Origin: Escherichia phage vB_EcoM_ESCO47 | Sequence record: OM386662.1 | Length of the DNA stretch: 64,000 bases | Direction: 5' to 3' (one strand) | In this document: one piece after another, positions 11,501 to 23,432 of the stretch | Numbering within the stretch: the first letter of the stretch is position 1 | Layout: every line of letters starts with the position of its first letter | Notes under the pieces: generated by a model | The model's database searches: none | The model's input: only the letters and a program-made list of their open reading frames with translations | Told to the model about the DNA's origin: nothing | Made by a program: the position numbers and the translations under genes

Positions 11501-12396
11501 TGGTCACCTTCCCATACTCTCCACAAACTAGATGCTGCATCAAAAATAAAAAGAGCATCAGCAAAATTACGACCTTCAGCGATATGTGTCCCAACTTCAC
11601 GGATAGAAGTCGTATCATCAAATGTTTTAACAATTGTATGATACAAAGGGTTTAATTTATCCAAATCGACGAGATTAATTACGTCACCGTTATTAGCGTT
11701 GCGTGGCAATGTAATATTAATAGGAGCTGCACTGGTAAAACGACGAATAATAAAATCATTAGCTTGCGCCTGATAAGGTGCCGCTGGAGTTACTATAGTA
11801 GATTTGTTACCATAATCAACAAGATACATGTGCCATAAACGATTGCTGAAAACTAAAACAATCTGAGATTTAGGGTGAGTCATTAAAACCGAACGAACCT
11901 GTTCGCCTTTAAAGTTCACAATACTCTGAACTGAAGCGTTGATTTGCACTTTAACTGTGCCTGGTTTGCCACCAATATCCGCTAAAACGATTGTATCACC
12001 ATCAACAGGAGAGCTAGGCAAAGTGAAGTCCATGTCATTCCCGGCGGCTGTATTAACAGAAATCGATTCACCTGATGCTAATTGATATGACCCAGTAGAA
12101 ACGGTTATCCACTGTGCATCTGTACGAACTGCACGCCACAGACCTAAATTGAAATTACCTGCCGGAGAAGGAATATCATTAATTGCTTGATATAAGCGGT
12201 TATCATAAAGAACAACAAACCCGCGCACGTATCCGCGTGTATTACTATAATTCTGTACGGTGTTTTCTTGTACCAGGAAGTCAACGTTTACGCCATCAGT
12301 ACCAACTGTACGGTCGGCTAATGCTACGTTAACAATCTTGTCGCCACCGGCGTCCAGTCCGTCTTCGGCTCTGAACTTACGTTTGATGTCGGCCAT
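8551..12396 (-). CDS. 34: gp34, long tail fibre proximal subunit
   Basis: 1281 aa, internal roughly 40-aa repeats (..ATQAETDAGTDDT..TPKKL..), late promoter upstream, divergent from rnh. Confidence 0.9.
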   Translation of the reverse strand: MADIKRKFRAEDGLDAGGDKIVNVALADRTVGTDGVNVDFLVQENTVQNYSNTRGYVRGFVVLYDNRLYQAINDIPSPAGNFNLGLWRAVRTDAQWITVSTGSYQLASGESISVNTAAGNDMDFTLPSSPVDGDTIVLADIGGKPGTVKVQINASVQSIVNFKGEQVRSVLMTHPKSQIVLVFSNRLWHMYLVDYGNKSTIVTPAAPYQAQANDFIIRRFTSAAPINITLPRNANNGDVINLVDLDKLNPLYHTIVKTFDDTTSIREVGTHIAEGRNFADALFIFDAASSLWRVWEGDQKSRLRIVRTDTVISPNEEILVFGANNASVSTVNLTLPTGILSGDTVKISLNYMRKGQTVKIKAASTDTIYSSVELLQFPKRSEYPPDADWVSVTELEFNGTTSYVPVIELAYIEEAGRNNYWIVQQNIPTVERVDSLNDTTRARVGVIALANQAQANVDLENSPAKEVAITPETLANRTATETRRGIAKTATTAQVNQDSTATFVDDTIVTPKKLNERTATETRRGLAEIATQAETDAGTDDTTIITPKKLQARQGSETLSGIVKYVSTASATPAATRGTAGTNVYNKDTTTLTISPKALDQYKATSTQQGATILALESEVIAGQSQAGYSHAVVTPETLHKKTSTDGRIGLIEIATQAETDAGTDYTRAVTPKTLNDRKATEALSGIAEIATQVEFDAGTDDTRISTPLKVKTHFDSSDRTGVNSDSGLIEEGTLWNHYTLDISKANETQRGTLRVATQAESNAGTLDDVLITPKKLLGTKSTETSEGVIKVATQAETVTGTSANTAVSPKNLKWIVQNEPTWAATTAIRGFVKTSSGSITFVGNDTQGNTQDLNLYEKNSYAISPYEFNRVLANYLPLKAKAADTELLDGLDSLQFIRRDIDQTVNGSLSLTKQLNLSAPLVSTSTGFFGGSVSANSTLTIANTDTAPRLIFEKGNQYATSSTENVSIRVFGNTFGSGADKTRATVFEVSDETSHHFYTQRNNLGNIQMNVNGGLTSVNLNATGNLTVTGTTTSTGSISSNGEIVSRSPIAFRAINGNYGFMIHNAGNSSYFVLTDSGNQSGTFNSLRPLTINNATGLVRLDNGVQITNGATITSGGLTVNSRIISSGSKTADLYTRKPTEGTVGFWSIDINDEATYTQFPGYWTRDAAGNRVQEIKYPGTLTQFGNSLNSLYQDWICYPTGANGGSIRYTRTWQRNKDAWTSFAMVFDSGNPPSPSDVGALPSDNAVIGNLTIRDFLRIGNVRIVPDPINKTVKFEWIE

Positions 12397-12426
12397 TCGT
12401 TTTTCCTTTATTGTTTCAATAATACT

Positions 12427-12434
12427 TATTTATA
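12427..12434 (-). promoter_or_regulatory. late promoter TATAAATA for gene 34
   Basis: TATTTATA on + strand, about 31 nt upstream of start. Confidence 0.6.
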
Positions 12435-12437
12435 CCA

Positions 12438-12467
12438 GTTTACGCTTTCAAACGGTTATGTTACTAT
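12438..12467 (+). promoter_or_regulatory. early promoter for rnh
   Basis: GTTTAC 12438-12443, TACTAT 12462-12467. Confidence 0.6.
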
Positions 12468-12499
12468 AGACAAGTTGACTAACTGAACAAGAGGTTCAT

Positions 12500-13417
12500 A
12501 TGGATTTAGAAATGATGTTGGATGAAGATTATAAAGAAGGTGTTGTGCTTGCAGACTTTAGTAACATCGCGTTAGCTGCAGCATTAAACAACTTTGAAGA
12601 CGGTGATAAGATCACAGTACCTATGGTTCGCCATGTAATCTTGAATTCTATTCGTAAAAACGTTGTGATGTTTCGTAAACAAGGTTATTCAAAATTTGTT
12701 CTATGTATGGATAACGCTACTTCGGGTTACTGGCGACGTGACTTTGCATACTACTACAAGAAAAACCGTAAAACTGATCGCGAAGCTTCAAAATGGGATT
12801 GGGAAGGTTATTTCACTGCTCTCCGTCAAGTTGTTGATGAGCTAAAGAAATATATGCCTTATGTTGTAATGGACATTGACAAATATGAAGCGGATGACCA
12901 TATTGGTGTTCTTTCTAAACACTTATCCCTTTTAGGATATAAAGTTCTCATCGCTGCATCTGATGGTGACTTTACACAATTGCACAAATATCCTAACGTA
13001 AAACAATGGTCTCCACCACAGAAAAAATGGGTTAAAACTAAGAATGGTTCTGCTGAAATCGATTGCATGACCAAAATTCTTAAAGGTGACCGTAAGGATG
13101 GTGTCGCATCGGTTCGAGTTCGTGGTGATTTCTGGTTCACACGTCTTGAAGGTGAACGAACTCCAAGCATGAAAACAAGCATTATTGAAGCTATTGCTAA
13201 TGATCGTAGTCAAGCCGAAGTGCTTCTTAGCGCTGAAGAATATAAACGTTATCAAGAAAACTTGGTTTTAATTGATTTCGATTATATTCCTGACAATATT
13301 GCTTCAAACATTATAGAGTATTATAACTCTTACAAACCACAACCTAAAGGCAAGATTTATTCATATTTCGTTAAATCAGGTCTTTCTAAATTAACAAGCG
13401 TAATTAATGAATTCTGA
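12500..13417 (+). CDS. rnh: RNase H (5-prime to 3-prime exonuclease, FEN family)
   Basis: 305 aa, same length as T4 RNase H; early promoter upstream. Confidence 0.9.
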   Translation: MDLEMMLDEDYKEGVVLADFSNIALAAALNNFEDGDKITVPMVRHVILNSIRKNVVMFRKQGYSKFVLCMDNATSGYWRRDFAYYYKKNRKTDREASKWDWEGYFTALRQVVDELKKYMPYVVMDIDKYEADDHIGVLSKHLSLLGYKVLIAASDGDFTQLHKYPNVKQWSPPQKKWVKTKNGSAEIDCMTKILKGDRKDGVASVRVRGDFWFTRLEGERTPSMKTSIIEAIANDRSQAEVLLSAEEYKRYQENLVLIDFDYIPDNIASNIIEYYNSYKPQPKGKIYSYFVKSGLSKLTSVINEF

Positions 13418-13424
13418 GGTAAAC

Positions 13425-13694
13425 ATGGCTAAGAAAGAAGCAGTCGAATTTAATCAAGATGTACACGGTGAAGAACTGGCGAAACTGGTCAAGGAAGCTT
13501 CCGATAATAAACTTAAAATTTCTGGGTATAACGAACTGATTAAAGACATTCGTATTCGTGCTAAAGACGAACTTGGCGTCGATGGTAAAATGTTTAATCG
13601 TTTGCTGGCTCTTTATCATAAAGATGCTCGCGATCAATTTGAAGCCGAAACCGAAGAAGTGGTGGAATTATATGACACTGTTTTCACTAAGTGA
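13425..13694 (+). CDS. dsbA: dsDNA-binding protein DsbA
   Basis: ORF 13407..13694; ATG at 13425 gives 89 aa (T4 DsbA length) with GAGG SD. Confidence 0.8.
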   Translation: MAKKEAVEFNQDVHGEELAKLVKEASDNKLKISGYNELIKDIRIRAKDELGVDGKMFNRLLALYHKDARDQFEAETEEVVELYDTVFTK

Positions 13695-14010
13695 TATTAA
13701 ACCGGTCGATGAGGCCGGTCTCTCCGAAAAAGAGTTAGCGGTAAAACAAGACAAAGATGATATTGCTAAACTCCTTGATCGCCAAGAAAATGGCTTCTTA
13801 ATCGAGTCTATGGTAAATCAGTACGGTATGACTTATTTAGAAGCAACGACTGCTTTTCTGGAAGAGAACTCTATTCCTGAAACCCAGTTTGCTAAATTTA
13901 TTCCATCAGGAATTATTGAAAAAATTACAAGCGAAGCCGTTGATGAGAATATGCTTCGCCCTTCAATTGCTCGCGGTGAAAAAACTAATACGTTAGATTT
14001 CTTATTATGA
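13672..14010 (+). CDS. 33: gp33, late transcription co-activator
   Basis: ORF 13558..14010; internal ATG at 13672 gives 112 aa (T4 gp33 length); between dsbA and 59. Confidence 0.8.
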   Translation: MTLFSLSDIKPVDEAGLSEKELAVKQDKDDIAKLLDRQENGFLIESMVNQYGMTYLEATTAFLEENSIPETQFAKFIPSGIIEKITSEAVDENMLRPSIARGEKTNTLDFLL

Positions 14011-14660
14011 TTAAAATACGCATGCCTCCTGATGGAGAACGTTATATTAATGGAAAATCGGTATACAAACTATACTTGATGTGCAAACAACATTTCAACG
14101 GTCGGTATGACGTAATCAAATATAACTGGTGCATGCGTGTTTCGGATAATGCATATCAAAAACGCCGAGATAAATATTTCTTTGAGAAACTAGCAGAGAA
14201 ATATAAGTTAAAGGAACTCACTCTGATATTCATTAGTAACTTAGTTGCTAACCAAGATGCTTGGATTGGTGAGATATCAGACGCTGATGCATTAGTTTTT
14301 TATAGGGAATATATTGGACGTCTTAAACAAGCCAAGGAGTCGTTCGCTGAAGACGTACGTAACATCTACTATTTCAGTAAGAAAGTGGAAGTTAACGCGC
14401 TTCAAGAAATATTTGATTATAATAATAAAGTTCAGTCGAGCTACATATTCAAACTACTACAAAGTAGTATAATTTCATTTGAGACCTTCTTGTTGTTGGA
14501 CTCATTCCTGAATATTATAGATAAGCATGACGAACTAACCGATAATTTAGTCTGGCAAAACTATTCTACCAAATTAAAGGCATATCGAAAAATACTTCAA
14601 ATCGATAGTAATGCCGCTAAGAAATTGTTCATAGAAACAATCAAATCTTGTAAATATTAA
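14007..14660 (+). CDS. 59: gp59, helicase loader
   Basis: 217 aa, same as T4 gp59, directly downstream of gene 32 region. Confidence 0.9.
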   Translation: MIKIRMPPDGERYINGKSVYKLYLMCKQHFNGRYDVIKYNWCMRVSDNAYQKRRDKYFFEKLAEKYKLKELTLIFISNLVANQDAWIGEISDADALVFYREYIGRLKQAKESFAEDVRNIYYFSKKVEVNALQEIFDYNNKVQSSYIFKLLQSSIISFETFLLLDSFLNIIDKHDELTDNLVWQNYSTKLKAYRKILQIDSNAAKKLFIETIKSCKY

Positions 14661-14665
14661 GCTTT

Positions 14666-14691
14666 ATGCTTTGTGTGATAAAATTTATCGT
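14666..14691 (+). promoter_or_regulatory. possible MotA-dependent middle promoter for gene 32
   Basis: ATGCTTTG MotA-like box then TATCGT (TAnnnT) about 12 bp later. Confidence 0.3.
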
Positions 14692-14698
14692 ATAAATA
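14691..14698 (+). promoter_or_regulatory. late promoter TATAAATA upstream of gene 32
   Basis: exact TATAAATA. Confidence 0.45.
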
Positions 14699-14708
14699 AA
14701 ACATACCA

Positions 14709-14769
14709 GCTACGAGGTGTAGTGTCGTAGCACCAACTGTAAAATTTAATAATCTAAAAGGTAAATATA
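14709..14769 (+). promoter_or_regulatory. candidate gene 32 translational operator (hairpin plus A/U-rich unstructured leader)
   Basis: GCUACG..CGUAGC 6-bp stem 14709-14731, then about 35 nt A/U-rich to AUG 14770. Confidence 0.4.
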
Positions 14770-15678
14770 ATGTTTAAACGTAAATCTACTGCTGACCTCG
14801 CTGCTCAAATGGCTAAACTGAATGGTAATAAAGGTTTCTCTTCAGAAGATAAAGGCGAATGGAAGCTGAAGCTAGATGCATCAGGTAATGGTCAGGCGGT
14901 AATTCGTTTCTTGCCAGCAAAAACTGATGATGCACTACCATTTGCAATTCTTGTTAACCACGGTTTCAAGAAAAATGGTAAATGGTATATTGAAAATTGC
15001 TCTTCTACACATGGTGATTACGACTCTTGTCCTGTATGTCAGTACATTAGTAAAAATGACCTGTACAATACCAACAAAACCGAATATTCTCAACTGAAAC
15101 GTAAAACTTCTTATTGGGCTAATATTCTGGTTGTTAAAGACCCTCAAGCTCCAGATAACGAAGGTAAAGTATTTAAATATCGTTTCGGTAAAAAGATTTG
15201 GGACAAAATCAATGCAATGATTGCTGTTGATACCGAAATGGGTGAAACTCCGGTTGATGTTACTTGTCCTTGGGAAGGTGCTAACTTTGTTCTTAAAGCC
15301 AAGCAGGTTTCTGGTTTCAGTAACTACGATGAATCTAAATTCTTGGGTCAATCTGAAATTCCTCGTATTAACGACGAATCTTTCCAGAAAGAATTGTTTG
15401 ACCAGATGGAAGACCTGTCTGAAATGACTGCTAAAGACAAGTTCAAGTCCTTTGAAAAATTGACTGAATCTTTTGTTAAGGTTCTTGGTACTGCAGCAAT
15501 GGGTGGTGCAGCAGCTGCCGCAGCTAGTGTTGCAGATAAAGTTGCTTCTGATCTTGATGATTTTGATAAAGACATGGAAGCATTCAATACAACATCCACC
15601 AAATCCGCTGATGATTTCATGAGTTCTAGCACATCTTCTGATGATGGCGACCTCGATGACCTGTTAGCTGGTCTATAA
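14770..15678 (+). CDS. 32: gp32, ssDNA-binding protein
   Basis: 302 aa; [36 protein letters not shown] and acidic Ala/Asp-rich C-terminus as in T4 gp32. Confidence 0.95.
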   Translation: MFKRKSTADLAAQMAKLNGNKGFSSEDKGEWKLKLDASGNGQAVIRFLPAKTDDALPFAILVNHGFKKNGKWYIENCSSTHGDYDSCPVCQYISKNDLYNTNKTEYSQLKRKTSYWANILVVKDPQAPDNEGKVFKYRFGKKIWDKINAMIAVDTEMGETPVDVTCPWEGANFVLKAKQVSGFSNYDESKFLGQSEIPRINDESFQKELFDQMEDLSEMTAKDKFKSFEKLTESFVKVLGTAAMGGAAAAAASVADKVASDLDDFDKDMEAFNTTSTKSADDFMSSSTSSDDGDLDDLLAGL

Positions 15679-15684
15679 TAAATC

Positions 15685-15706
15685 GGGAGACTTCGGTCTC
15701 CCTTTT
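15685..15706 (+). terminator. intrinsic terminator after gene 32
   Basis: GGGAGAC-UUCG-GUCUCCC followed by UUUU. Confidence 0.7.
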
Positions 15707-15732
15707 GAGTATCTGTAAATTGCCGAAAAGTT

Positions 15733-15761
15733 GTTTACTTCTTCCCTGGATGTGTTAGTAT
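15733..15761 (+). promoter_or_regulatory. early promoter
   Basis: GTTTAC 15733-15738, TGTGTTAGTAT -10 region 15756-15761. Confidence 0.6.
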
Positions 15762-15790
15762 AGACCTATCAACAACATGAGGAAATCAAA

Positions 15791-16183
15791 ATGGAAATCG
15801 GAAAATCTTATATCATTAACCCTTTATTTAAAGACGACTTTGTTCAAGAAGCACCGCACAATAACGCTAAGATGTTAAAATTGATTGAACTCCATGGGCC
15901 CAGTTTTGTTGTAAACGGAATGGAACCTGATTATGATAGCGATACGCTAAACGTAGTAAGTGTAACTATGGAAGACGGTACTGTATGTTCTGCCGGCGGT
16001 GAAATTGAAACTTATTTTGAGATTTATTACGATGAGTTCAAATACTTTACTGAGGTAGATTTAGTAAAGCCTCAACCTACTAACAAAGGTATAGCTTTAG
16101 GTGTAACAAAAATCCATTGTATCGTAGATGAAACCAATGTCGACGAAGTCATCGAACTTTTGCAAAAAACTTTTAAAAAGTAG
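15791..16183 (+). CDS. hypothetical early protein (frd.x position)
   Basis: 130-aa ATG ORF with early promoter and GAGGA SD. Confidence 0.6.
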   Translation: MEIGKSYIINPLFKDDFVQEAPHNNAKMLKLIELHGPSFVVNGMEPDYDSDTLNVVSVTMEDGTVCSAGGEIETYFEIYYDEFKYFTEVDLVKPQPTNKGIALGVTKIHCIVDETNVDEVIELLQKTFKK

Positions 16184-16212
16184 TTTATAACAAGATAGGG
16201 CTATGTTATAGT
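16183..16212 (+). promoter_or_regulatory. early-promoter-like module (GTTTAT variant) overlapping a palindrome
   Basis: GTTTAT 16183-16188, TATAGT 16207-16212. Confidence 0.4.
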
Positions 16213-16246
16213 AGCCCTATCTAATAAAAGTGAAGAGGAGAATAAA

Positions 16247-17926
<1,680 letters not shown>

Positions 17927-18181
17927 ATGATTTTACGTTTTATTAATTCATATGGCACCACAATTTTTGAAATAAAAAATCCTACCGAACTAGATATCCC
18001 TTCACCGAATAGTGAAATCACAGTTAAAGGTGAACGATTCATTTGTTATTCACACGAACGAATTTATGAATATCGCGAATTTTGTGGTGGTTACGGTATG
18101 GAAAAAGAACCATTGGTTTATTTCGATATCACGGTCTTGACACCTAAAGAATACAAAGAAATTATTGCTGAGGATAATTAA
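17927..18181 (+). CDS. hypothetical protein (nrdA.1 position)
   Basis: 84-aa ORF starting at td stop. Confidence 0.6.
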   Translation: MILRFINSYGTTIFEIKNPTELDIPSPNSEITVKGERFICYSHERIYEYREFCGGYGMEKEPLVYFDITVLTPKEYKEIIAEDN

Positions 18182-18268
18182 CGCTTCAGTTTAAAAGTGT
18201 ATAATAAATTAACGGGATAAATACTATCCCGTTTGGAGTAATGATTACCAACCTATGCTGAGGAATAT

Positions 18269-20524
18269 ATGCAAGTAACTAAGAGCAGTGGTGTATCCCA
18301 AAATTTTGATGCACAGAAAATTATTCAAGTCTTAACTTGGCAATGTGAAGGAACACAAATTGACCCATATGAATTGTACGAAGAAATTAAGACCCATCTT
18401 GTCGACGGGATGAGCACCAAAGATATCCAGAAGATTTGTATTAAAGTTGCAGCTAACTCGATTTCTGTCGAAGAACCTGATTATCAGTATGTCGCTGCCA
18501 AAGGGCTAATGTTTGCACTTCGTAAAGATGTATATGGGCAGTTTGAACCGCCTGCTTTTATCGACCATATTTCTTATTGTGTTAATGAAGGCAAATATGA
18601 TCCTGAGTTGTTGTCTAGATATTCTGCAGAAGAAATCATTTATCTTGATTCTCGGATTAAACATGAGCGAGATTTTGATCTGACTTATGCTGGTGCTATG
18701 CAGCTTAAAGAAAAATACCTGGTTAAAGATAAAACAACTGGTAAGATTTATGAAACTCCACAGTTTGCTATCATGGCTATCGGTATGGCCTTACATCAAG
18801 ACGAAACTCATGACCGTTTGAAACATATTATTCGTTTTTATGATGCCGTTTCTACTCATCAAGTTTCATTGCCTACTCCAATTATGGCAGGTGCTCGTAC
18901 TCCGACTAGACAGTTTTCCAGCTGTGTAGTTATTGAATCCGGTGATTCGTTGAAGTCTATTAACAAAACGTCAGCATCAATTATCGAATATATTTCCAAA
19001 CGAGCTGGTATTGGTATTAACGTTGGTATGCTTCGCGCTGAAGGTTCTAAAATTGGCATGGGTGAAGTGCGTCATACAGGTGTTATTCCGTTCTGGAAAC
19101 ATTTCCAAACAGCAGTAAAATCTTGTTCTCAAGGTGGTATTCGTGGTGGTGCTGCAACCGCATATTATCCGATGTGGCATTTGGAAGTAGAGAACCTGTT
19201 AGTTCTTAAAAATAACAAAGGTGTTGACGAAAACCGTATCCGTCATATGGACTATGGAATTCAGATTAATGACCTTATGATGGAACGCCTTGGTAAAAAT
19301 GATTATATTACTTTATTTAGCCCTCACGAAATGTCCGGCGAATTGTATTACTCGTTCTTTGAAGACCAAGATAAGTTCCGTGAGCTTTATGAAAAAGCAG
19401 AAAAAGACCCGGCAATCAGAAAGAAACGAATCAAAGCATTAGAACTTTTTGAATTGTTTATGACTGAACGTTCAGGTACTGCTCGAATTTATCCACAGTT
19501 TGTTGATAACACGAATAACTACACTCCGTTTATTCGTGAAAAAGCTCCAATTCGTCAGAGTAACTTATGTTGTGAAATCGCTATTCCGACTAATGATGTT
19601 AACAGTCCTGACGCTGAAATTGGTTTATGCACGTTATCTGCTTTTGTATTAGATAAATTTGATTGGCAAGACCAAGATAAAATTAATGAACTTGCTGAAG
19701 TACAAGTACGTGCACTTGATAACCTGTTAGACTATCAAGATTATCCGGTTCCAGAAGCTTTAAAAGCTAAAAAGCGTCGAAATCTCGGTGTCGGTGTTAC
19801 TAACTATGCAGCTTGGTTAGCTTCTAACTTTGCCTCATATGAAGATGCTAACGATTTGACCCACGAATTATTTGAGAGATTACAGTATGGACTCATTAAA
19901 GCTTCAATCAAGTTGGCCAAAGAAAAAGGACCTTGCGAGTATTATTCAGACACTAAATGGTCTCGAGGCGAATTACCTATCGACTGGTACAATAAAAAGA
20001 TTGACCAAATCGCAGCTCCAAAATACGTTTGTGACTGGTCGGGGCTACGTGAAGACCTTAAGCTCTTTGGCATTCGCAACAGCACATTATCAGCTCTTAT
20101 GCCATGTGAATCAAGCAGCCAGGTTTCCAACTCTACAAACGGTATCGAGCCTCCACGTGGTCCGGTAAGTATTAAAGAATCTAAAGAAGGTAATTTCCGC
20201 CAGGTAGTTCCTAATATCGAACACAACATTGGTCTTTATGACTACGCCTGGAAACTTGCTAAGAAAGGTAATAAACCTTATTTGACTCAAGTTGCTATTA
20301 TGTTGAAATGGGTATGTCAATCGGCTTCAGCCAATACGTACTACGACCCAGAGAATTACGAGAAAGGTAAAGTGCCAATGTCTGTAATGCTTGACGATTT
20401 GCTTTACTTCTGGTACTTCGGCGGTAAAAACCTCTACTATCATAATACTCGCGATGGTTCTGGTACTGACGACTATGAACTAGAAACTCCAAAAGTTGAT
20501 GATTGTTCAGCTTGTAAGCTTTAA
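18269..20524 (+). CDS. nrdA: ribonucleotide reductase large subunit
   Basis: 751 aa; class Ia RNR alpha motifs (..NLCCEI.., C-terminal CxxC tail). Confidence 0.95.
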   Translation: MQVTKSSGVSQNFDAQKIIQVLTWQCEGTQIDPYELYEEIKTHLVDGMSTKDIQKICIKVAANSISVEEPDYQYVAAKGLMFALRKDVYGQFEPPAFIDHISYCVNEGKYDPELLSRYSAEEIIYLDSRIKHERDFDLTYAGAMQLKEKYLVKDKTTGKIYETPQFAIMAIGMALHQDETHDRLKHIIRFYDAVSTHQVSLPTPIMAGARTPTRQFSSCVVIESGDSLKSINKTSASIIEYISKRAGIGINVGMLRAEGSKIGMGEVRHTGVIPFWKHFQTAVKSCSQGGIRGGAATAYYPMWHLEVENLLVLKNNKGVDENRIRHMDYGIQINDLMMERLGKNDYITLFSPHEMSGELYYSFFEDQDKFRELYEKAEKDPAIRKKRIKALELFELFMTERSGTARIYPQFVDNTNNYTPFIREKAPIRQSNLCCEIAIPTNDVNSPDAEIGLCTLSAFVLDKFDWQDQDKINELAEVQVRALDNLLDYQDYPVPEALKAKKRRNLGVGVTNYAAWLASNFASYEDANDLTHELFERLQYGLIKASIKLAKEKGPCEYYSDTKWSRGELPIDWYNKKIDQIAAPKYVCDWSGLREDLKLFGIRNSTLSALMPCESSSQVSNSTNGIEPPRGPVSIKESKEGNFRQVVPNIEHNIGLYDYAWKLAKKGNKPYLTQVAIMLKWVCQSASANTYYDPENYEKGKVPMSVMLDDLLYFWYFGGKNLYYHNTRDGSGTDDYELETPKVDDCSACKL

Positions 20525-20575
20525 GAATTTTAATTATAATTGACTCATGGATGAGTCACTATTGAGAGAATATAA

Positions 20576-21754
20576 ATGAGTACAGTTTTTAATACACAAC
20601 AAGTTGATGTTTTGAACGAACCTATGTTCTTCGGTTCAGGTCTCGGTCTTGCACGTTACGATATTCAACGACATAAAGTTTTTGAAGAGCTTATCGAAAA
20701 GCAGCTCTCGTTCTTTTGGCGTCCCGAGGAAGTAAACTTGATGTTGGATTCAGCCCAGTTTAATAAGCTTCCACAGTTCCAACAGGACATCTTTACCAAC
20801 AACCTTAAGTATCAATCATTATTAGATTCTATCCAAGGCAGAGCACCATCTGCGGTACTTATGTCATTGCTTTCAGACCCTTCATTAGATACATGGGTCG
20901 CTACATGGACTTTCAGTGAAACTATTCACTCTCGTTCATATACTCATATTATGCGAAATCTTTATACAGATCCATCGAAAGTATTTGATGAGATTGTATT
21001 AGATGACGCAATTATGAAGCGTGCCGAATCTATCGGACGATATTATGATGATGTTCTGGTTAAAACTCGAGCTTGGGAAAATTCTAAAGAATTTGTAGAA
21101 CAAGCTAAAGAATCTCCTGATGCCGACCTTCGTTTAAACCAAGCTATTAAACAAGAGTCTGAAGCTAAACGAGACCTAATGAAATCTCTTTATCTTTGTT
21201 TGCATGTCATCAATGCATTGGAAGCTATTCGTTTTTACGTGTCTTTTGCTTGTACTTTCAACTTCCATAAGAATATGGAAATTATGGAAGGCAATGCGAA
21301 GATTATGAAGTTCATTGCTCGTGATGAACAGCTCCACCTCAAGGGCACTCAATATATTATTCGTGCTTTACAAGACGGTGAAGACGGTGATGAATGGGTC
21401 AAAATTGCTCAAGAGTGTGAACAAGAAGCAGTTGATATTTTCATGGAAGTTAACGCTCAAGAAAAAGAATGGGCTGAACACTTGTTTAAAGATGGTGCTC
21501 TTCCAGGCCTAAATGTTAAAATCCTAAGTGAATTTGTAGATTATCTAACCGTGTCTCGTATGCGTAGTTGCGGTCTACCATGTCCTCTTAAAGACATATC
21601 AACTCGTCATCCTATTCCATGGATTCGTGAGTATTTGAACTCTGATTTGGTTCAAGCTGCACCACAAGAAGTTGAGATCAGTTCTTATCTTGTCGCTCAA
21701 ATTGATAATGACGTCAACCAAGATGTAATAAATTCATACAAAAAATATTTCTAA
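20576..21754 (+). CDS. nrdB: ribonucleotide reductase small subunit, uninterrupted
   Basis: 392 aa contiguous; di-iron ligand-like ExxH regions. Confidence 0.95.
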   Translation: MSTVFNTQQVDVLNEPMFFGSGLGLARYDIQRHKVFEELIEKQLSFFWRPEEVNLMLDSAQFNKLPQFQQDIFTNNLKYQSLLDSIQGRAPSAVLMSLLSDPSLDTWVATWTFSETIHSRSYTHIMRNLYTDPSKVFDEIVLDDAIMKRAESIGRYYDDVLVKTRAWENSKEFVEQAKESPDADLRLNQAIKQESEAKRDLMKSLYLCLHVINALEAIRFYVSFACTFNFHKNMEIMEGNAKIMKFIARDEQLHLKGTQYIIRALQDGEDGDEWVKIAQECEQEAVDIFMEVNAQEKEWAEHLFKDGALPGLNVKILSEFVDYLTVSRMRSCGLPCPLKDISTRHPIPWIREYLNSDLVQAAPQEVEISSYLVAQIDNDVNQDVINSYKKYF

Positions 21755-21784
21755 GGAAGGGACTTAGGTCCCTCTTATATTATG
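21753..21784 (+). promoter_or_regulatory. candidate split RBS of denA: SD, hairpin, 8 nt, AUG
   Basis: AAGGA 21753-21757, hairpin AGGGAC-UUAG-GUCCCU 21758-21773, CUUAUAUU, AUG 21782. Confidence 0.45.
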
Positions 21785-22192
21785 AAAGATATCGCCGCAG
21801 AATATTCTTTTATTAAATATACAGAGTTAGAATTATTGGAAGACGCGACAATTAAAACGGTTGAAGTCCCTAATAAGAAAAACGTTATCTATGCGATTGT
21901 AATAGATGATGAACTCATGTATATTGGTAAAACTAAGAATCTAAAGAAACGCATTAACTATTATCGAACTGCTATAAATCGAAAAGACCAGACTTCAGAC
22001 TCTAGAAAATCTTTAATGATTTTAGACGCGTTAATGCAAGGTCTAAAGGTCGAATTCTGGGCCCGCCAATGTTTCGACCTATCGGTCACCAACGAACTCG
22101 GTTCTATGACCATCGCAACGATGGACCTTGAAGAGCCACTGTTTATTAAGAAGTTCAACCCGCCTTGGAATATCCAATACAAGAAAAAGTAG
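21782..22192 (+). CDS. denA: endonuclease II (GIY-YIG)
   Basis: 136 aa (T4 length); IYAIV..YIGKT..YY GIY-YIG motif. Confidence 0.9.
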   Translation: MKDIAAEYSFIKYTELELLEDATIKTVEVPNKKNVIYAIVIDDELMYIGKTKNLKKRINYYRTAINRKDQTSDSRKSLMILDALMQGLKVEFWARQCFDLSVTNELGSMTIATMDLEEPLFIKKFNPPWNIQYKKK

Positions 22193-22221
22193 TTTACATA
22201 CCACATGGACTGTGGTATAAT
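22192..22221 (+). promoter_or_regulatory. early promoter for rnlA
   Basis: GTTTAC 22192-22197, TGTGGTATAAT 22216-22221. Confidence 0.65.
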
Positions 22222-22238
22222 TTTTAAAAATCAAATGA

Positions 22239-23372
<1,134 letters not shown>

Positions 23373-23374
23373 TG

Positions 23375-23404
23375 GTTTACAAACGCCAAGGATGGTGTTA
23401 CTAT
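23375..23404 (+). promoter_or_regulatory. early promoter for alc
   Basis: GTTTAC 23375-23380, TACTAT 23399-23404. Confidence 0.6.
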
Positions 23405-23432
23405 GGACATATCAATTACCTAGGAGAACATT

